DNA of 64,000 bases from Patescibacteria group bacterium (GCA_041671565.1 JBAZBH010000001.1:71552-135551), one strand, 5' to 3'. Shown: positions 11,779 to 22,399, counted from the stretch's first letter. The notes: generated by a model not told the origin, from the sequence alone. A program made the numbers and translations.

Positions 11779-13425
11779 TTAATATATCTCCTTACGGTAG
11801 CACTCCTCGCAATATACCTTCTCCGGCCGATCTGGCGCATAGGTGGTTTCAAACTCGTTTGCGCAGCCGGGTCTCATGCACTGCCGGTGATAAAGCCGGC
11901 GCGGATTGCGCAGTTTGATTCTTTCTAAGTGCCGGCAAAGCGGACATAACCGCGGCAGGGGCAAATTTTGTTTTTGGTAAAAGCTGATTTCCTGCGGTAT
12001 GAGTTTATAATTTTTCTGGCAATTTTGGCAAGCTAAAATTTCTTTGGCTAAACCGGCTGGCGCGTCTTTAATATCGTCCGGGATATTTTCCCATTGGACC
12101 GTTTCTTTGCCAAAAGTGCCAGGTAAATTATCCTGCCACCGCCAGCCTTTTGCCAGCACTTCTTTGCGAGTTAAAGGATAATATTCTTGCGCCACGGTCT
12201 CGTTGTAAGCATAAGGCGACATGGCAACCGGGAAAAACTCACCATATTCGCCATCAGCTTTCATCTTAGCGATAACTTTTGGCAAAAGTTTTTTGTATTC
12301 TTCTTCGCTGTATTGCTTATTCAAAATGCAAAATTTCTGACCCCGCAAACCCGAACAGGCAAATAAATCTTGCGAGGTGAAACATTGGAAGCAATATTGA
12401 ATAAAAGAATTTTCCCAGCTAAAAATATTAAACATGCAATGCGCTGAAGTATCAGCGCTCAGCACTTCATACAGCCAACTGGCCGGCCAACCGCTATTAT
12501 CGCAATCATAAGAATCAGTCACTTTTTCACCGCGATAAAAATACTTGCAATTTGTCGCTTCTTTTAAATCGGAACAATTCTTTACATCGTGGCAATAGGT
12601 CAAATAATCGCCAGTAGAATTTTCACATTTTACCTGTATGGCATGAGCCTGGATATTTTTCTTTTTAAAATCAAAAAAATCATCTTTGGCTTTCTGATAA
12701 AAAGAATATTTGCCTAATTCTTGAAGGCGATTTTTAAAATCTGCTTCGCTAATTGGCTCATTAAACCAATGATATTTGGCATTACGCAAATTCACGCAAC
12801 CAAAACAATTGCTACAGCCACGGCAGTTATAACAAAAATAAGTTTCTAGGCAGTCATGACAATTCTGGCAGTAAACACCGTTATAACAGTTTTCACAGTT
12901 AATCAAATAATAAGAAAGCTCGCATTTATGGGCATAATGCGAATCTAAAATATTACTACAATGAATATTAACGGTGCCATAATGGCTTTCTTCGCACCAG
13001 CCGCTACCCACTTCATAATAACAATTTAAATCGCTTTCCTGAAGATTGCCATAATGAGAGTTAACACAATTACGGTTAAAGAGCGCCGGACGCGGCATAG
13101 CTAAAAATAAATCGTGAATTTGTTCCATCATTGGCCGTTGCCAATCAATTTCCCGGCCATAACTAAAAGGATCCCAAGCATCGCCCCACCACTCCGCCTG
13201 TTCATAAACTGGAAACTTCTTGTCCGGCGAATAAACCGACAAAATAGTTTTACCGCTCAGATCAGACTTTCCCTGATAAAAAGTCCTTTCATTGCGCCAG
13301 GCTAACCGCCGTTGGTTGCGGCAAAGCGGACAAAAGGTTGGTTCGGGCACGCCAATCCGGCCGTAGAATGCGCGGTCCTCGGGGTAGATGGTGAAGGCGG
13401 ATTGGCAGTTTTTACAAGCGGGCAT
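11779..13425 (-). CDS. Cys-rich zinc-ribbon/repeat protein, paralog 2 of 4
   Basis: Same architecture and termini as 10061-11710. Confidence 0.85.
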   Translation of the reverse strand: MPACKNCQSAFTIYPEDRAFYGRIGVPEPTFCPLCRNQRRLAWRNERTFYQGKSDLSGKTILSVYSPDKKFPVYEQAEWWGDAWDPFSYGREIDWQRPMMEQIHDLFLAMPRPALFNRNCVNSHYGNLQESDLNCYYEVGSGWCEESHYGTVNIHCSNILDSHYAHKCELSYYLINCENCYNGVYCQNCHDCLETYFCYNCRGCSNCFGCVNLRNAKYHWFNEPISEADFKNRLQELGKYSFYQKAKDDFFDFKKKNIQAHAIQVKCENSTGDYLTYCHDVKNCSDLKEATNCKYFYRGEKVTDSYDCDNSGWPASWLYEVLSADTSAHCMFNIFSWENSFIQYCFQCFTSQDLFACSGLRGQKFCILNKQYSEEEYKKLLPKVIAKMKADGEYGEFFPVAMSPYAYNETVAQEYYPLTRKEVLAKGWRWQDNLPGTFGKETVQWENIPDDIKDAPAGLAKEILACQNCQKNYKLIPQEISFYQKQNLPLPRLCPLCRHLERIKLRNPRRLYHRQCMRPGCANEFETTYAPDRPEKVYCEECYRKEIY

Positions 13426-13431
13426 AACAAT

Positions 13432-13524
13432 AGTATTCAGGGGTCAGTATTCGGTATTCAGGGGACTATATCCACAAACACCAAATACGGACCCCTGAAT
13501 ACTGAATACTGTTCCCTGAATACT
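13432..13524. repeat. TATTCAG-family element (copies at 45887-45979, 62033-62130)
   Basis: agtattcaggg...ccctgaatactgaatact. Confidence 0.85.
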
Positions 13525-13527
13525 TAT

Positions 13528-14037
13528 TTACAATAACTGCTCTGCCTGCTTCAACGCCCCGGGCAAGAGCGGCAAGAGGATTTTTACGCCGAGAAGGAGC
13601 CAGGGCGCCACGGCCGAAGTGGCCATTTGCGCGGTCAGCCAAGCGCTGACCGGATATTGGGAGAGAAAATAAACCGTTAAACTAACGACGCACAAACCTT
13701 CTAATAGGCCAAAGACTAGGCCCACCAGCCGATTGATGGTTTTGAGAAAAGGGATAATACTGATAATTTCAAAAATACGGTTAACCAAATAAAACAGCAA
13801 GCCGACCAAGCGGCTGACGATAATTAGAATCAAGAAAAATGAAATTAATCGGCCCCAGTTGCCATCCCCCCAAAGGAAACTGCCCCAACCCGCCGCCAGC
13901 TGATAATAATGGCCGGCAACAAAAGCGCCGAGGAGCACGCCGAGGAGTGTGCCAAGCGCTTGAATAAAGCCGGAAATCAGGCCGAGAAGCGCGAACAGGC
14001 CGAGGATGATAAGCAAAGCCAGGTCGAAAGTGAGCAT
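13528..14037 (-). CDS. CvpA (colicin V production) family membrane protein
   Basis: N-terminal D..L....G...GF pattern, INRLVGLVFGLLEG, hydrophobic. Confidence 0.8.
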   Translation of the reverse strand: MLTFDLALLIILGLFALLGLISGFIQALGTLLGVLLGAFVAGHYYQLAAGWGSFLWGDGNWGRLISFFLILIIVSRLVGLLFYLVNRIFEIISIIPFLKTINRLVGLVFGLLEGLCVVSLTVYFLSQYPVSAWLTAQMATSAVAPWLLLGVKILLPLLPGALKQAEQLL

Positions 14038-14194
14038 AAATTATAAAATAATTTTTAATTTCTAATTTAAAATTTTTAATGAATTCTTAATTTCTAATTT
14101 TAAATTGTCGGCTAACCTAGGCTTTGGGTTTAAAAATTAAGAATTAAGCCTTAAAAATTAATTAAAAATTAGAAATTTTAAATTAAAAATTCCC

Positions 14195-15712
14195 CTATTG
14201 TTTCCTTGGAAACAGCGTCTCCGGCTTTTTAACTTTGGAAAAATCTTTCAGCCGACCCCATTTTTTTAGTTTACTAAAGTCCTCGCCTTTTTCCGTGGTA
14301 AATACACCGAGCGCCGTCAAAATCTTCTCGGCCGTTTCCGGCAAAAGCGGCAAAAGAAGCCAACCGACTTGGCGGATAATTTCAGCCAAAACATACAAAA
14401 CTTCGCCGAGCTTCTGCGGATCGCTCTTAGCCAATTCCCACGGCTTATTCTCTTCAATATAACTGTCGCACCAAGCGAGCAGACGCCAAATCTCGCTCAA
14501 GGCGCGGTCAAACTGCAATTCCCCCATCGCTTTATCATAATTCTGCCACACCTCTTTCACTAATTTTTCTGCGTTTTTATGTTTTAATGTTTTAATGTTT
14601 TCATGGTATTTCTCCACCAGCGTCAGCACCCGCGCCACCACATTGCCGAGGCCATTAGCGAGAAAGGCGTTATAACGGTCTTTAAATTTGGCAACTGAAA
14701 CATCGCCGTCGGAGCCGAAAGCGATTTCCGAAAGCAGGAAAAACTTCGCCGCGTCGGCGCCATAAAGCGCCACCATCTCCACCGGATCAATCACATTGCC
14801 GAGCGTTTTGGACATTTTCTGGCCGTCGATCGTAAAAAATCCATGGGCAAACACTGTTTTGGGGAGCGGCAAATCCAGGGCAATCAGCATACCCAGCCAA
14901 ATCACGGTGTGAAACTTCAAAATGTCTTTCGCCATCAGTTGGACATCGGCCGGCCAAAACTTTTTGAAATTCTCGCCGTCCGGATAACCCAGCGCCGAAA
15001 GGTAATTGGGCAGGGCGTCAAACCAAACCCAAGCGACTTCTTTCTCCGCAAACGGCAGGCTGACACCCCAAGCCAGATTGCGACTCATCGCCACATCTTT
15101 CAACCCTTGTTTAATCAGCCCCAGAACTTCATTTTTTCTCGCTTCCGGAGCGATCACCACTTCGCCTTTTTTGATTCGCTTCTCAATCTCGGCGCCAAAG
15201 TCGGACAAGCGAAAAAACCAATTTTTTTCTTTAACCAATTGCGGCGCGGTGCCATGGTCCGGGCATTTGCCGTCCACCAGGTCGCTTTCGGTTTTATAGC
15301 TTTCACAGCCCACGCAGTATAGCCCTTCGTACTCGCCGCGGTAAATCGCCGGATTAAACTTTGGCGTTTTGCCTTCGTAAAGCTGATTCAAAAAAATCCG
15401 CACGCTGTCATAATGCCGTTTTTCGGTCGTGCGGATAAAATCGTTATTAGAGATATTCAGGCTATCCCAAGCGAGTTGAAACTGGGCCGCCTTTTGGTCG
15501 GCAAACGCCTGCGGCGACAAACCGGCTTTCTCGGCCGCCTGCGCCACTTTGGTGCCATGCTCATCGGTGCCGGTCAAAAAGAAAACCTCTTCACCCCGTA
15601 ACCGGTGGTAGCGCGCCAAAACATCCGCCGCGATTGTGGTATAAGCGTGGCCGATGTGGGGCTTGTCATTGACATAATATATCGGAGTGGTGATGTAGAA
15701 TTTCTTGTTCAT
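14195..15712 (-). CDS. metG: Methionyl-tRNA synthetase
   Basis: FYITTPIYYVN, HIGH, GTDEHG, KMSKT. Confidence 0.98.
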   Translation of the reverse strand: MNKKFYITTPIYYVNDKPHIGHAYTTIAADVLARYHRLRGEEVFFLTGTDEHGTKVAQAAEKAGLSPQAFADQKAAQFQLAWDSLNISNNDFIRTTEKRHYDSVRIFLNQLYEGKTPKFNPAIYRGEYEGLYCVGCESYKTESDLVDGKCPDHGTAPQLVKEKNWFFRLSDFGAEIEKRIKKGEVVIAPEARKNEVLGLIKQGLKDVAMSRNLAWGVSLPFAEKEVAWVWFDALPNYLSALGYPDGENFKKFWPADVQLMAKDILKFHTVIWLGMLIALDLPLPKTVFAHGFFTIDGQKMSKTLGNVIDPVEMVALYGADAAKFFLLSEIAFGSDGDVSVAKFKDRYNAFLANGLGNVVARVLTLVEKYHENIKTLKHKNAEKLVKEVWQNYDKAMGELQFDRALSEIWRLLAWCDSYIEENKPWELAKSDPQKLGEVLYVLAEIIRQVGWLLLPLLPETAEKILTALGVFTTEKGEDFSKLKKWGRLKDFSKVKKPETLFPRKQ

Positions 15713-15740
15713 AAAAATTTAAAACCACAAGACTAATTAG

Positions 15741-15862
15741 AATGCCCAAATCCCAATGACCAATCAATGTCCAATTTTCAAATCCCAATCAAGTTCAAAA
15801 GTTAAAAGTTTAAAACCCGAACCAGGGAGTTATTGGTCATTGGGGCTTGGATATTGGTCATT
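15741..15862. repeat. CCAATGA-family element (near-identical copy 51485-51606; relatives 31828-31938, 35173-35248)
   Basis: About 8 mismatches in 122 nt versus the 51.5 kb copy. Confidence 0.9.
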
Positions 15863-15872
15863 CTAGCAATAA

Positions 15873-17663
15873 TTACTGGTTTAAAACATCCTGTAGATTA
15901 ATCGAAGTCCCGCCACTCGCCGGCTTTGGCGGAGTTGTGGGTCGAGGTTTTTCTTGGTTCGGCCGAACGGCGCCGGCTGGCGTGCGGTTAGAACGAAAAC
16001 CCGACCGCGGTTCGGTGGGCGCGCTTTTTGGAGCTTCAACTTTAACGGTAGTTGGCTTTATCTCGCTGCTTACTGGCGTGACAGAAACGGCTGGCGCCGC
16101 CGACTGATTAGCCGGGTTAGCGAGTGGCAAAACTTTGCCGGCTGTTATATCTCTCAAGCATTTTTTACAATAAACACCCGGCTTCCGCGGCGTGAATGAT
16201 AGGTAGGTAATTTTACCGCAACCGTCGCAAATCCAAGGGATATTGCGGTCCGGCATGGCGCGATCGGCGATTTCCGCCTTGACCATTTTGCCTTTAAACT
16301 CAATTTCCCCCATTTCAACTTTTTTGGCCGCTGGCGCTTCGGCTTCTCCGTCATCGCTATTGCCAGGGCCTTCGCCGGTATCACCCATGCTCCAGCGCAT
16401 GATTTTGTCTTCCACTTCTTCGCGCGGCCGGCCATACCGTTCGCGGGAAACCCGGATCACTTTCTCGGAAACATTGTCTTCCTCGGGTTCAAACAGCGGC
16501 GGCAGGGTATTGGCGGAAAAAGCCTCGGACGCCACGCCGTTGATCATTAATTTCAAATAAATTTCATGCTTGGTCAGGTTAACCAAATCCTCGGCGGTAA
16601 ACCGCGGGGCAAAATCCGGCGCCAAAGTCGAGGCATCGGTCGCGCCCACGCGAAACGACATCATCGTGCCCACATTGCCAAAAACCGCCGCTTTCACTTC
16701 CGGACTCAGCTGATCGACATATTGATGGGCAATAATCAAACACAAGCGATATTTTCTCGCTTCGGACAAAATGCCGGCAAAACTCTCAGTCGCAAAATTT
16801 TGAAATTCGTCAACATAGAGAAAAAAATCTCGGCGTTCTTCTTCCTGGATATTAACGCGCGTCATCGCCGCCAGCTGAATCTGGGTAATCATCATTGAAC
16901 CGAGCAGTTGCGCCGTGTCTTCGCCGATCCGGCCTTTGGACAAATTCATGACAATTATCTTGCCTTCGTCCATCGCTTGCCGAACATCAAAAGAAGACTT
17001 AACCTGGCCAACGATATTGCGGATCAAATAATTGGACAAAAATTGGCCGACTTTGTTTTGGATTGGGGCAATCGCTTCTTGGGCAAATTTTTCGGTGTAG
17101 CGGGAAAATTCATCCACCCAAAACGACCGCACCACCGGATCCTCCACATTGGCAATAATCTTTTTGCGGTAAGCCTTGTCCACTAAAATCCGCATCACAC
17201 CGAGTAGCGTGGTGCCGCTGTTGTCAATCAACGCCAAAATCGCGTTCCGCAAAAGGTATTCGAGCCGCGGGCCCCAAGAATCGGCAAACAATTTTTTGAA
17301 AATCGCCACCAAACCGGATGCCACCACATGCCGTTGGTTGCGGTCGCGGATTTCCAAGATATTGAAAGCTACCGGAAAGTCAATGTCGGACGGATTAAAA
17401 TAGATAACATCGTTGATCCGGCTGGGCGGCACAAACTCCAAAATCTTTTCGGCGCTGTCGCCGTGCGGGTCAATAAACGCCAGGCCATGGCCATTCTTAA
17501 TATCCTGAATAATCATGTTTTCGAGGAGCGTCGTTTTGCCCATACCGGTCTTGCCGATAATATACATGTGCCGCCGCCGGTCATCCAGGCGAATGCCAAA
17601 ACGCCTTTCGTTATCGCGAAAGTTAGTCTTGGCAAAAAAATTTATTTCATTGGGATCTTGCAT
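15873..17663 (-). CDS. TraG/VirD4-HerA-like P-loop ATPase with C-terminal CxxC zinc ribbon
   Basis: GKTGMGKT, IDPHGD, LYVDEFQNF, SEARKY, AHQY; CDGC..YCKKC tail. Confidence 0.85.
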   Translation of the reverse strand: MQDPNEINFFAKTNFRDNERRFGIRLDDRRRHMYIIGKTGMGKTTLLENMIIQDIKNGHGLAFIDPHGDSAEKILEFVPPSRINDVIYFNPSDIDFPVAFNILEIRDRNQRHVVASGLVAIFKKLFADSWGPRLEYLLRNAILALIDNSGTTLLGVMRILVDKAYRKKIIANVEDPVVRSFWVDEFSRYTEKFAQEAIAPIQNKVGQFLSNYLIRNIVGQVKSSFDVRQAMDEGKIIVMNLSKGRIGEDTAQLLGSMMITQIQLAAMTRVNIQEEERRDFFLYVDEFQNFATESFAGILSEARKYRLCLIIAHQYVDQLSPEVKAAVFGNVGTMMSFRVGATDASTLAPDFAPRFTAEDLVNLTKHEIYLKLMINGVASEAFSANTLPPLFEPEEDNVSEKVIRVSRERYGRPREEVEDKIMRWSMGDTGEGPGNSDDGEAEAPAAKKVEMGEIEFKGKMVKAEIADRAMPDRNIPWICDGCGKITYLSFTPRKPGVYCKKCLRDITAGKVLPLANPANQSAAPAVSVTPVSSEIKPTTVKVEAPKSAPTEPRSGFRSNRTPAGAVRPNQEKPRPTTPPKPASGGTSINLQDVLNQ

Positions 17664-17685
17664 ATTAGCTATATATAACAATCAA

Positions 17686-18087
17686 CTATGAGATGAATTG
17701 AATACCACATCCTATATTTTCTCCTCTCTTATGATGGCACTGCTCTTTTCCATCATTATCACCTTTGTAATCGTCACAATATCCTTGCTCAGCGCTTTTA
17801 TTTGAATAGACGCAAACATAATTTATACATTCATCATCATAGACACATTTCTTATTAGCATCTTTGGCTTTTATTTCACAAGTTTGAGCAAAAGAATGTG
17901 CAAATATTTTCCCTCCTCCTTTTATACATTTTTCACAATTAATTTGTCGGCCATTCCCATCAAAACAAAATCCCGCCTCTCTTGAATTGTCATCAACCAA
18001 TAAATTATTTTTATTGTTTAGAAAAAGAACCACGATTAAAATTATAATAACTAAGATAATTAACCCCACAATTAATATTTTCTTCAT
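17686..18087 (-). CDS. Hypothetical AT-rich Cys-rich membrane-anchored protein
   Basis: N-terminal TM, about 10 Cys, visibly lower GC than neighbours. Confidence 0.7.
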   Translation of the reverse strand: MKKILIVGLIILVIIILIVVLFLNNKNNLLVDDNSREAGFCFDGNGRQINCEKCIKGGGKIFAHSFAQTCEIKAKDANKKCVYDDECINYVCVYSNKSAEQGYCDDYKGDNDGKEQCHHKRGENIGCGIQFIS

Positions 18088-18119
18088 ATATTAACTACCT
18101 AAATTTAACTAATTAGCGA

Positions 18120-19568
18120 CTAGCCGACCGGCAAATCAGCCGGCGGGCCTTTTTCTTCTTCCTGAGAAATTTCTTCCGGCTGGACCGACTGGTCGCCTTT
18201 TTTGTCTTCCCGACCGCCGAGTACCGCCGTCCACGCTTCACCCGGCGCCACCGGCAAATAAAACGGCGCTTCGGCTTTGACCGCTTCGGATTTTTTGATC
18301 ATCAAGGTCCGGGTATTCCCCAGCGGAAAATGCCAGAGCGAGGCCAGTTCGCCGATATTCAAGATAAAACCGGTACCAAACTCGCTGCCCTTTCTGGTGC
18401 TCCGCACACGGTATTTCTGCAGAATATTATTCTTGCGATAATGATCCACGCGATACTGGGGGAAATAGTATAAATGAGAGGTTGAAACTTTGGTGTACTT
18501 ACTCTGGATCAAACCATTGGCGTAAAGATTGGTGTATTGATGGAGCGCGCCCAAGAAACCCTCTTTGACTTTATTTTTATTAAAAATTTCTTTGCGGGCG
18601 ATATAAACCGCGCGCATGGTGACGCGAAAACCGAGTTTACCCACTTTATCCAAAATACTTTCAATCGCGGCGGATTCTTTGGCAGTCAGATTGGAACCGA
18701 CGGTTTTTTCTCCCGGCTTCACCGGCTCGGGCCGAGCGAGAAAAGTATAAATAATCTCATCGGTAATATAACTGATAAAGCCCAAAATACTGCCGGTTAG
18801 TGAGGAGTAATCGTCGCTACCGGTCAGGCCGGTCGCGTGTTTGACAAACGCCACACCTTTTTTCTGCCATTTGTTTTCTAAGGGCGTAACAATTATCTGC
18901 CACCAAAATTCTTCGCCGGCTTTAATTTTCGCTAGATTTTCCAAAATACTGTTTAAGGGATCAGAATCAATCTCTTTCAGATTTTCCCAAGTTTTGATCG
19001 GAAAAAAATCTTTTTTACTGAGATTAAAAGAAGTGCCCCAGATATCGTAACCATTATCATTATCCGGCCAGCGTAAATCTTTATATTTTTCCGTATAATC
19101 AGGCACTTCGGCGATTTCGGCGTCCGGATATTGGGCGTAGATGGCCGCCTCCACCAAGTCGCGATACGGCCGCGGCGCCCGTATCAAGTATTCCAAATAA
19201 CCTTCACGGGAAATCAGCTCAAAACTGAATTCCGGCTGGATCTTGCCGACAAAAAACCGCTCAATCCAGTCAATTTTTTTCCAAGCGCCGGATAAAGAAG
19301 TAAAAATATATTCCACGGCTTGCGGCGGCTTGGCCGCGGCGCCCGCTCCCGCCTTCGCCGCCAAATTTAACCGCGGCAAACTCAAAGACAAAACCACCCA
19401 TTCCCACCGCTTGCGGTATTTGATCCGCCGACTGGCAATCCATTCTTCAATCATGTACCAAATCATCGGCAAGACAAAAAGCAGCCAACCGCCATGCGCC
19501 AAAAAATACCAGGTAAAAGCCCAGACGCTAGTTGTTGGCACTTGGCCAAAGTCAATCACGATATTCAT
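18120..19568 (-). CDS. Conserved hypothetical membrane-anchored protein, probable partner of the downstream ATPase
   Basis: N-terminal TM; FSFEL, IYAQYPDAEI, FPIKT, ELASLWHFP motifs. Confidence 0.75.
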   Translation of the reverse strand: MNIVIDFGQVPTTSVWAFTWYFLAHGGWLLFVLPMIWYMIEEWIASRRIKYRKRWEWVVLSLSLPRLNLAAKAGAGAAAKPPQAVEYIFTSLSGAWKKIDWIERFFVGKIQPEFSFELISREGYLEYLIRAPRPYRDLVEAAIYAQYPDAEIAEVPDYTEKYKDLRWPDNDNGYDIWGTSFNLSKKDFFPIKTWENLKEIDSDPLNSILENLAKIKAGEEFWWQIIVTPLENKWQKKGVAFVKHATGLTGSDDYSSLTGSILGFISYITDEIIYTFLARPEPVKPGEKTVGSNLTAKESAAIESILDKVGKLGFRVTMRAVYIARKEIFNKNKVKEGFLGALHQYTNLYANGLIQSKYTKVSTSHLYYFPQYRVDHYRKNNILQKYRVRSTRKGSEFGTGFILNIGELASLWHFPLGNTRTLMIKKSEAVKAEAPFYLPVAPGEAWTAVLGGREDKKGDQSVQPEEISQEEEKGPPADLPVG

Positions 19569-19585
19569 AATTACCAAAAAATAAA

Positions 19586-20182
19586 TTACTGGCCGCTCTC
19601 TTCTTTGTCAGCCCGGCCGGAATATAGACTCTCTTGTCTGCCGGTTAATGTCGTCTGAAAATATTTATAGACTTTATAGGGCTCACTAATGTGCAAGAGT
19701 TTGTCATAAGCGGTTCGCGTCCGACTTTGATGATTGCCGCTATTACTGGTTTCGATCTTGCCAGTATCAATATTTATTGTTCCGATTGAAAATATTTTAT
19801 CAATTAATCCTACATTTACATTCGCCGTCTTGACTTCCGTAAAATAAATAGAGTTAAAGTCAGTGCCAATTAAACCAGACTTGATCAGCACTCTTTTATT
19901 GGTAATAGTATAAACCTTTACATAATTAGAGAAAAAACCAACCAAAGAAAGTAGCAGTCCAACAACTAGAATAATCAAACCAACCGTGGCTCCGGCAATA
20001 CTTCTCGGAGTATTATTTAAATTATAACTGATAATTTCTTGCGCAAAAGCAAAAAATGATAATCCGACCACAATCAACAAAGATACTGCCAGCTGAAAAA
20101 TCATAACTTTCCGACTAATCACATCTTGCCAAACTATTTTTTCTTGCGACTCTAAGACCGCTTTTATTTCTTCTGTTTTCAT
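19586..20182 (-). CDS. Membrane protein with bacterial PH domain
   Basis: Two TM segments, then YTITNKRVLIKSGLI..IGTINI. Confidence 0.75.
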   Translation of the reverse strand: MKTEEIKAVLESQEKIVWQDVISRKVMIFQLAVSLLIVVGLSFFAFAQEIISYNLNNTPRSIAGATVGLIILVVGLLLSLVGFFSNYVKVYTITNKRVLIKSGLIGTDFNSIYFTEVKTANVNVGLIDKIFSIGTINIDTGKIETSNSGNHQSRTRTAYDKLLHISEPYKVYKYFQTTLTGRQESLYSGRADKEESGQ

Positions 20183-20196
20183 AAATTTATAATTTA

Positions 20197-20775
20197 TTAA
20201 TAACCAGAAATAACACAAGTACCGTCAGTTAAAAATACTTGCAACGGATTTTCCACTTCTTGGCCGTCAATGGTATAAGTTGCTTTTTGTTCGCCCCCGT
20301 CTAAATCCAAACTAACACTTGTCCCGGTTGATTCGGCGGCTGCAACATTTTTATAGTATTCCGCGGCGACCTTTCTCGCGCTTTCCGTATAATTGCATTC
20401 CATTTTTCCGCCGTTTGGCATTTGCTCTATATATTTACATTTGCCACTAACGATACCGGCAACTTCTTTTTGCAGTGTTTCTTTGGTTAACAGATGAACA
20501 AATTGACATTTGTACTTTGAACAAGCGTTCAATTTATCCGGAAACGCGCTGCAATCAGCCGCCACGGCAATATTTTTTGGTTGAGCGGGCGGTGCGGCAG
20601 TTTCCGCAGATTTTTGCGCCACCGCTGGTTGCTCTGACTTCGCTGGCGCTGGTTGATTGGTAGTTACCATTCCTTCTAGCGCTGGCGTTTGAGCTACCGG
20701 ATCCTTGGCGCAACCAGCCCCCATTAGCAGAAAAATTACCACAACTCCGACGACGAGGTAGAGTTTTTTGTTCAT
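20197..20775 (-). CDS. Putative lipoprotein
   Basis: Signal peptide ending LLMGAGC, Pro/Ala linker, Cys-containing domain. Confidence 0.7.
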   Translation of the reverse strand: MNKKLYLVVGVVVIFLLMGAGCAKDPVAQTPALEGMVTTNQPAPAKSEQPAVAQKSAETAAPPAQPKNIAVAADCSAFPDKLNACSKYKCQFVHLLTKETLQKEVAGIVSGKCKYIEQMPNGGKMECNYTESARKVAAEYYKNVAAAESTGTSVSLDLDGGEQKATYTIDGQEVENPLQVFLTDGTCVISGY

Positions 20776-20955
20776 AAATGAAGTATTTTATAGTAAATTA
20801 CCCTATCGCGTTAAGGCGTGGAGACACCAGAAATTATAACCTATTTTGCGATTCTGGACAAATTAAAAGTGGCTCCTAGCCGATGATTGATTGGGCTCGG
20901 CCGCGACTGGTCGCGCCTAACACCAATTATCACTGACTAGCAGCCACTTTTTCCT

Positions 20956-22113
20956 TTATTCTTTGTTAGCTAAAGTATATTTTTTATCGGCTAACTTCTT
21001 GAATTTATCCTTATTCATCAAGGCCAAGTTAATCGTCGCTTTTTTAACTAGCCGTTGCTTGGCGACTTCCACCGCGATTTCGTCTTTGGAAAGCGGGCTT
21101 TTCTGCGCCAAAACCTTGGCAATCACCTCGGTGACCGTGCCGGTTTCATAACCCCATTCTTTCAGGGCGTAAATGCCGCGGCCGATCAAGACATAGCGGC
21201 TGTCCAGAATCAATTCATTATGAATCGTCGCCGGTAAAGCTTTTTTGTGGTCAAATTTAGTCTGATTAATCAGTTCGGCAATCTCGGTAAAATGGAGCGG
21301 CTTGCCGGCTTCTTTCATCACCAAATAAATCTTGTCAGCCATCCGTTTCGGCGTGATCGAGCTCCAGTGGCTCATACCCACCTGACCAAAAAGATTTTTC
21401 TTAATCCGCTTGCTGGTATGGATATAAGACGAAACCGCTTCGTCCAGATCTAAGCCTGTTTGCTTCATTTCCGGCAGATTGCTGATTTTCTCGCTCAACT
21501 CGCGGTAAAAATCCTGATTTTTGAGCAGGCGGAAAAATTCATCAACTTTCACCGGCTGGCCGTTAGTATTGATCAGAGCCACTAATTTTTCAATCACTTC
21601 TTCCACCAACTCCCAAGGGGTTTCTTTTAGCTTCCAAGAATCGTGGAAATGATCGCGATTTTCTATTTTTTCAAATTTATTGGCGAGCAACTGGGAAATA
21701 ATAAAGGCGAGAGACTTTTTGTGTTGCAACACTTCTTCTTCCGCGAGATCCTTGGAGGAAAGGCCATAGAAATCAACCAAGCTGTCCAACAGCCGGTCTT
21801 CTTGCATCGCGCCGCCGTATTTCCGCAAAAATTTATTAATTGTCGCCTCAATCTCGTTGAGGTTGTCCAAAACCCCAGATTGTTCCAGTTTTTCTTTCAT
21901 TTTTTTAAGGCCGTCCCGTTCAATCTGCCGCACCCGTTCGCGAGTGACTTTATAGTCCTGGCCGATTTTCTCCAGAGTTTCTTTCCGTTTTAGGCCTTTA
22001 AGCAAGCTATGCCGGCGGGACAAAACATCTTTTTCCCGAATTGAAAGCAAGCTAAACAAACGAGTGAGGACTTCGTTGAAATTAATGTTAGTGGTTTTAG
22101 TCTCGGTGTCCAT
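20956..22113 (-). CDS. Sigma-70 region-4-like HTH plus C-terminal winged-helix (HARE-HTH/RpoE-like) protein
   Basis: TLEKIGQDYKVTRERVRQIE; GKPLHFTEIAE..TIHNELI..GRGIYALKEWG. Confidence 0.8.
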   Translation of the reverse strand: MDTETKTTNINFNEVLTRLFSLLSIREKDVLSRRHSLLKGLKRKETLEKIGQDYKVTRERVRQIERDGLKKMKEKLEQSGVLDNLNEIEATINKFLRKYGGAMQEDRLLDSLVDFYGLSSKDLAEEEVLQHKKSLAFIISQLLANKFEKIENRDHFHDSWKLKETPWELVEEVIEKLVALINTNGQPVKVDEFFRLLKNQDFYRELSEKISNLPEMKQTGLDLDEAVSSYIHTSKRIKKNLFGQVGMSHWSSITPKRMADKIYLVMKEAGKPLHFTEIAELINQTKFDHKKALPATIHNELILDSRYVLIGRGIYALKEWGYETGTVTEVIAKVLAQKSPLSKDEIAVEVAKQRLVKKATINLALMNKDKFKKLADKKYTLANKE

Positions 22114-22213
22114 ATTAATGGTTTATTTATTTATATAAAATATGATGTAATATAACAAGCAAATTTATAGCTAATTTAAGCTATTTTCTAGAGTTATACT
22201 TTGAAACAACTGT

Positions 22214-22242
22214 AGTATATCATTTATCTTTTACACTGTCAA
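22214..22242 (-). promoter_or_regulatory. Sigma-70 promoter
   Basis: TTGACA-17-TATACT with extended TG on the minus strand. Confidence 0.7.
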
Positions 22243-22317
22243 GGACGAATATATTTTTAATCAATGTCACCGCGCGTGGCCAAATTTTTATTTAAAACAA
22301 ACTTAAAAATGATTGAA

Positions 22318-22399
22318 TATGGTTTTATGGTTTTATGGCTCTATGGTTGGATAAGTTAAAGAGTCTAACCATAAAGCCATAAAGCCATAAAGCCATAAA
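22318..22399. repeat. TTTTATGG nonamer-family element (copies at 44939-45017, 7059-7152)
   Basis: Shared core ggttggatRaRttaaagagtctaacc between inverted arms in the 22.3 and 44.9 kb copies. Confidence 0.85.

Noticed and set aside
10061-11868. Near-identical 3' ends of the Cys-rich paralogs as a second TR/VR pair
   Set aside because: Both copies are coding, and the differences are mostly synonymous and not adenine-specific.
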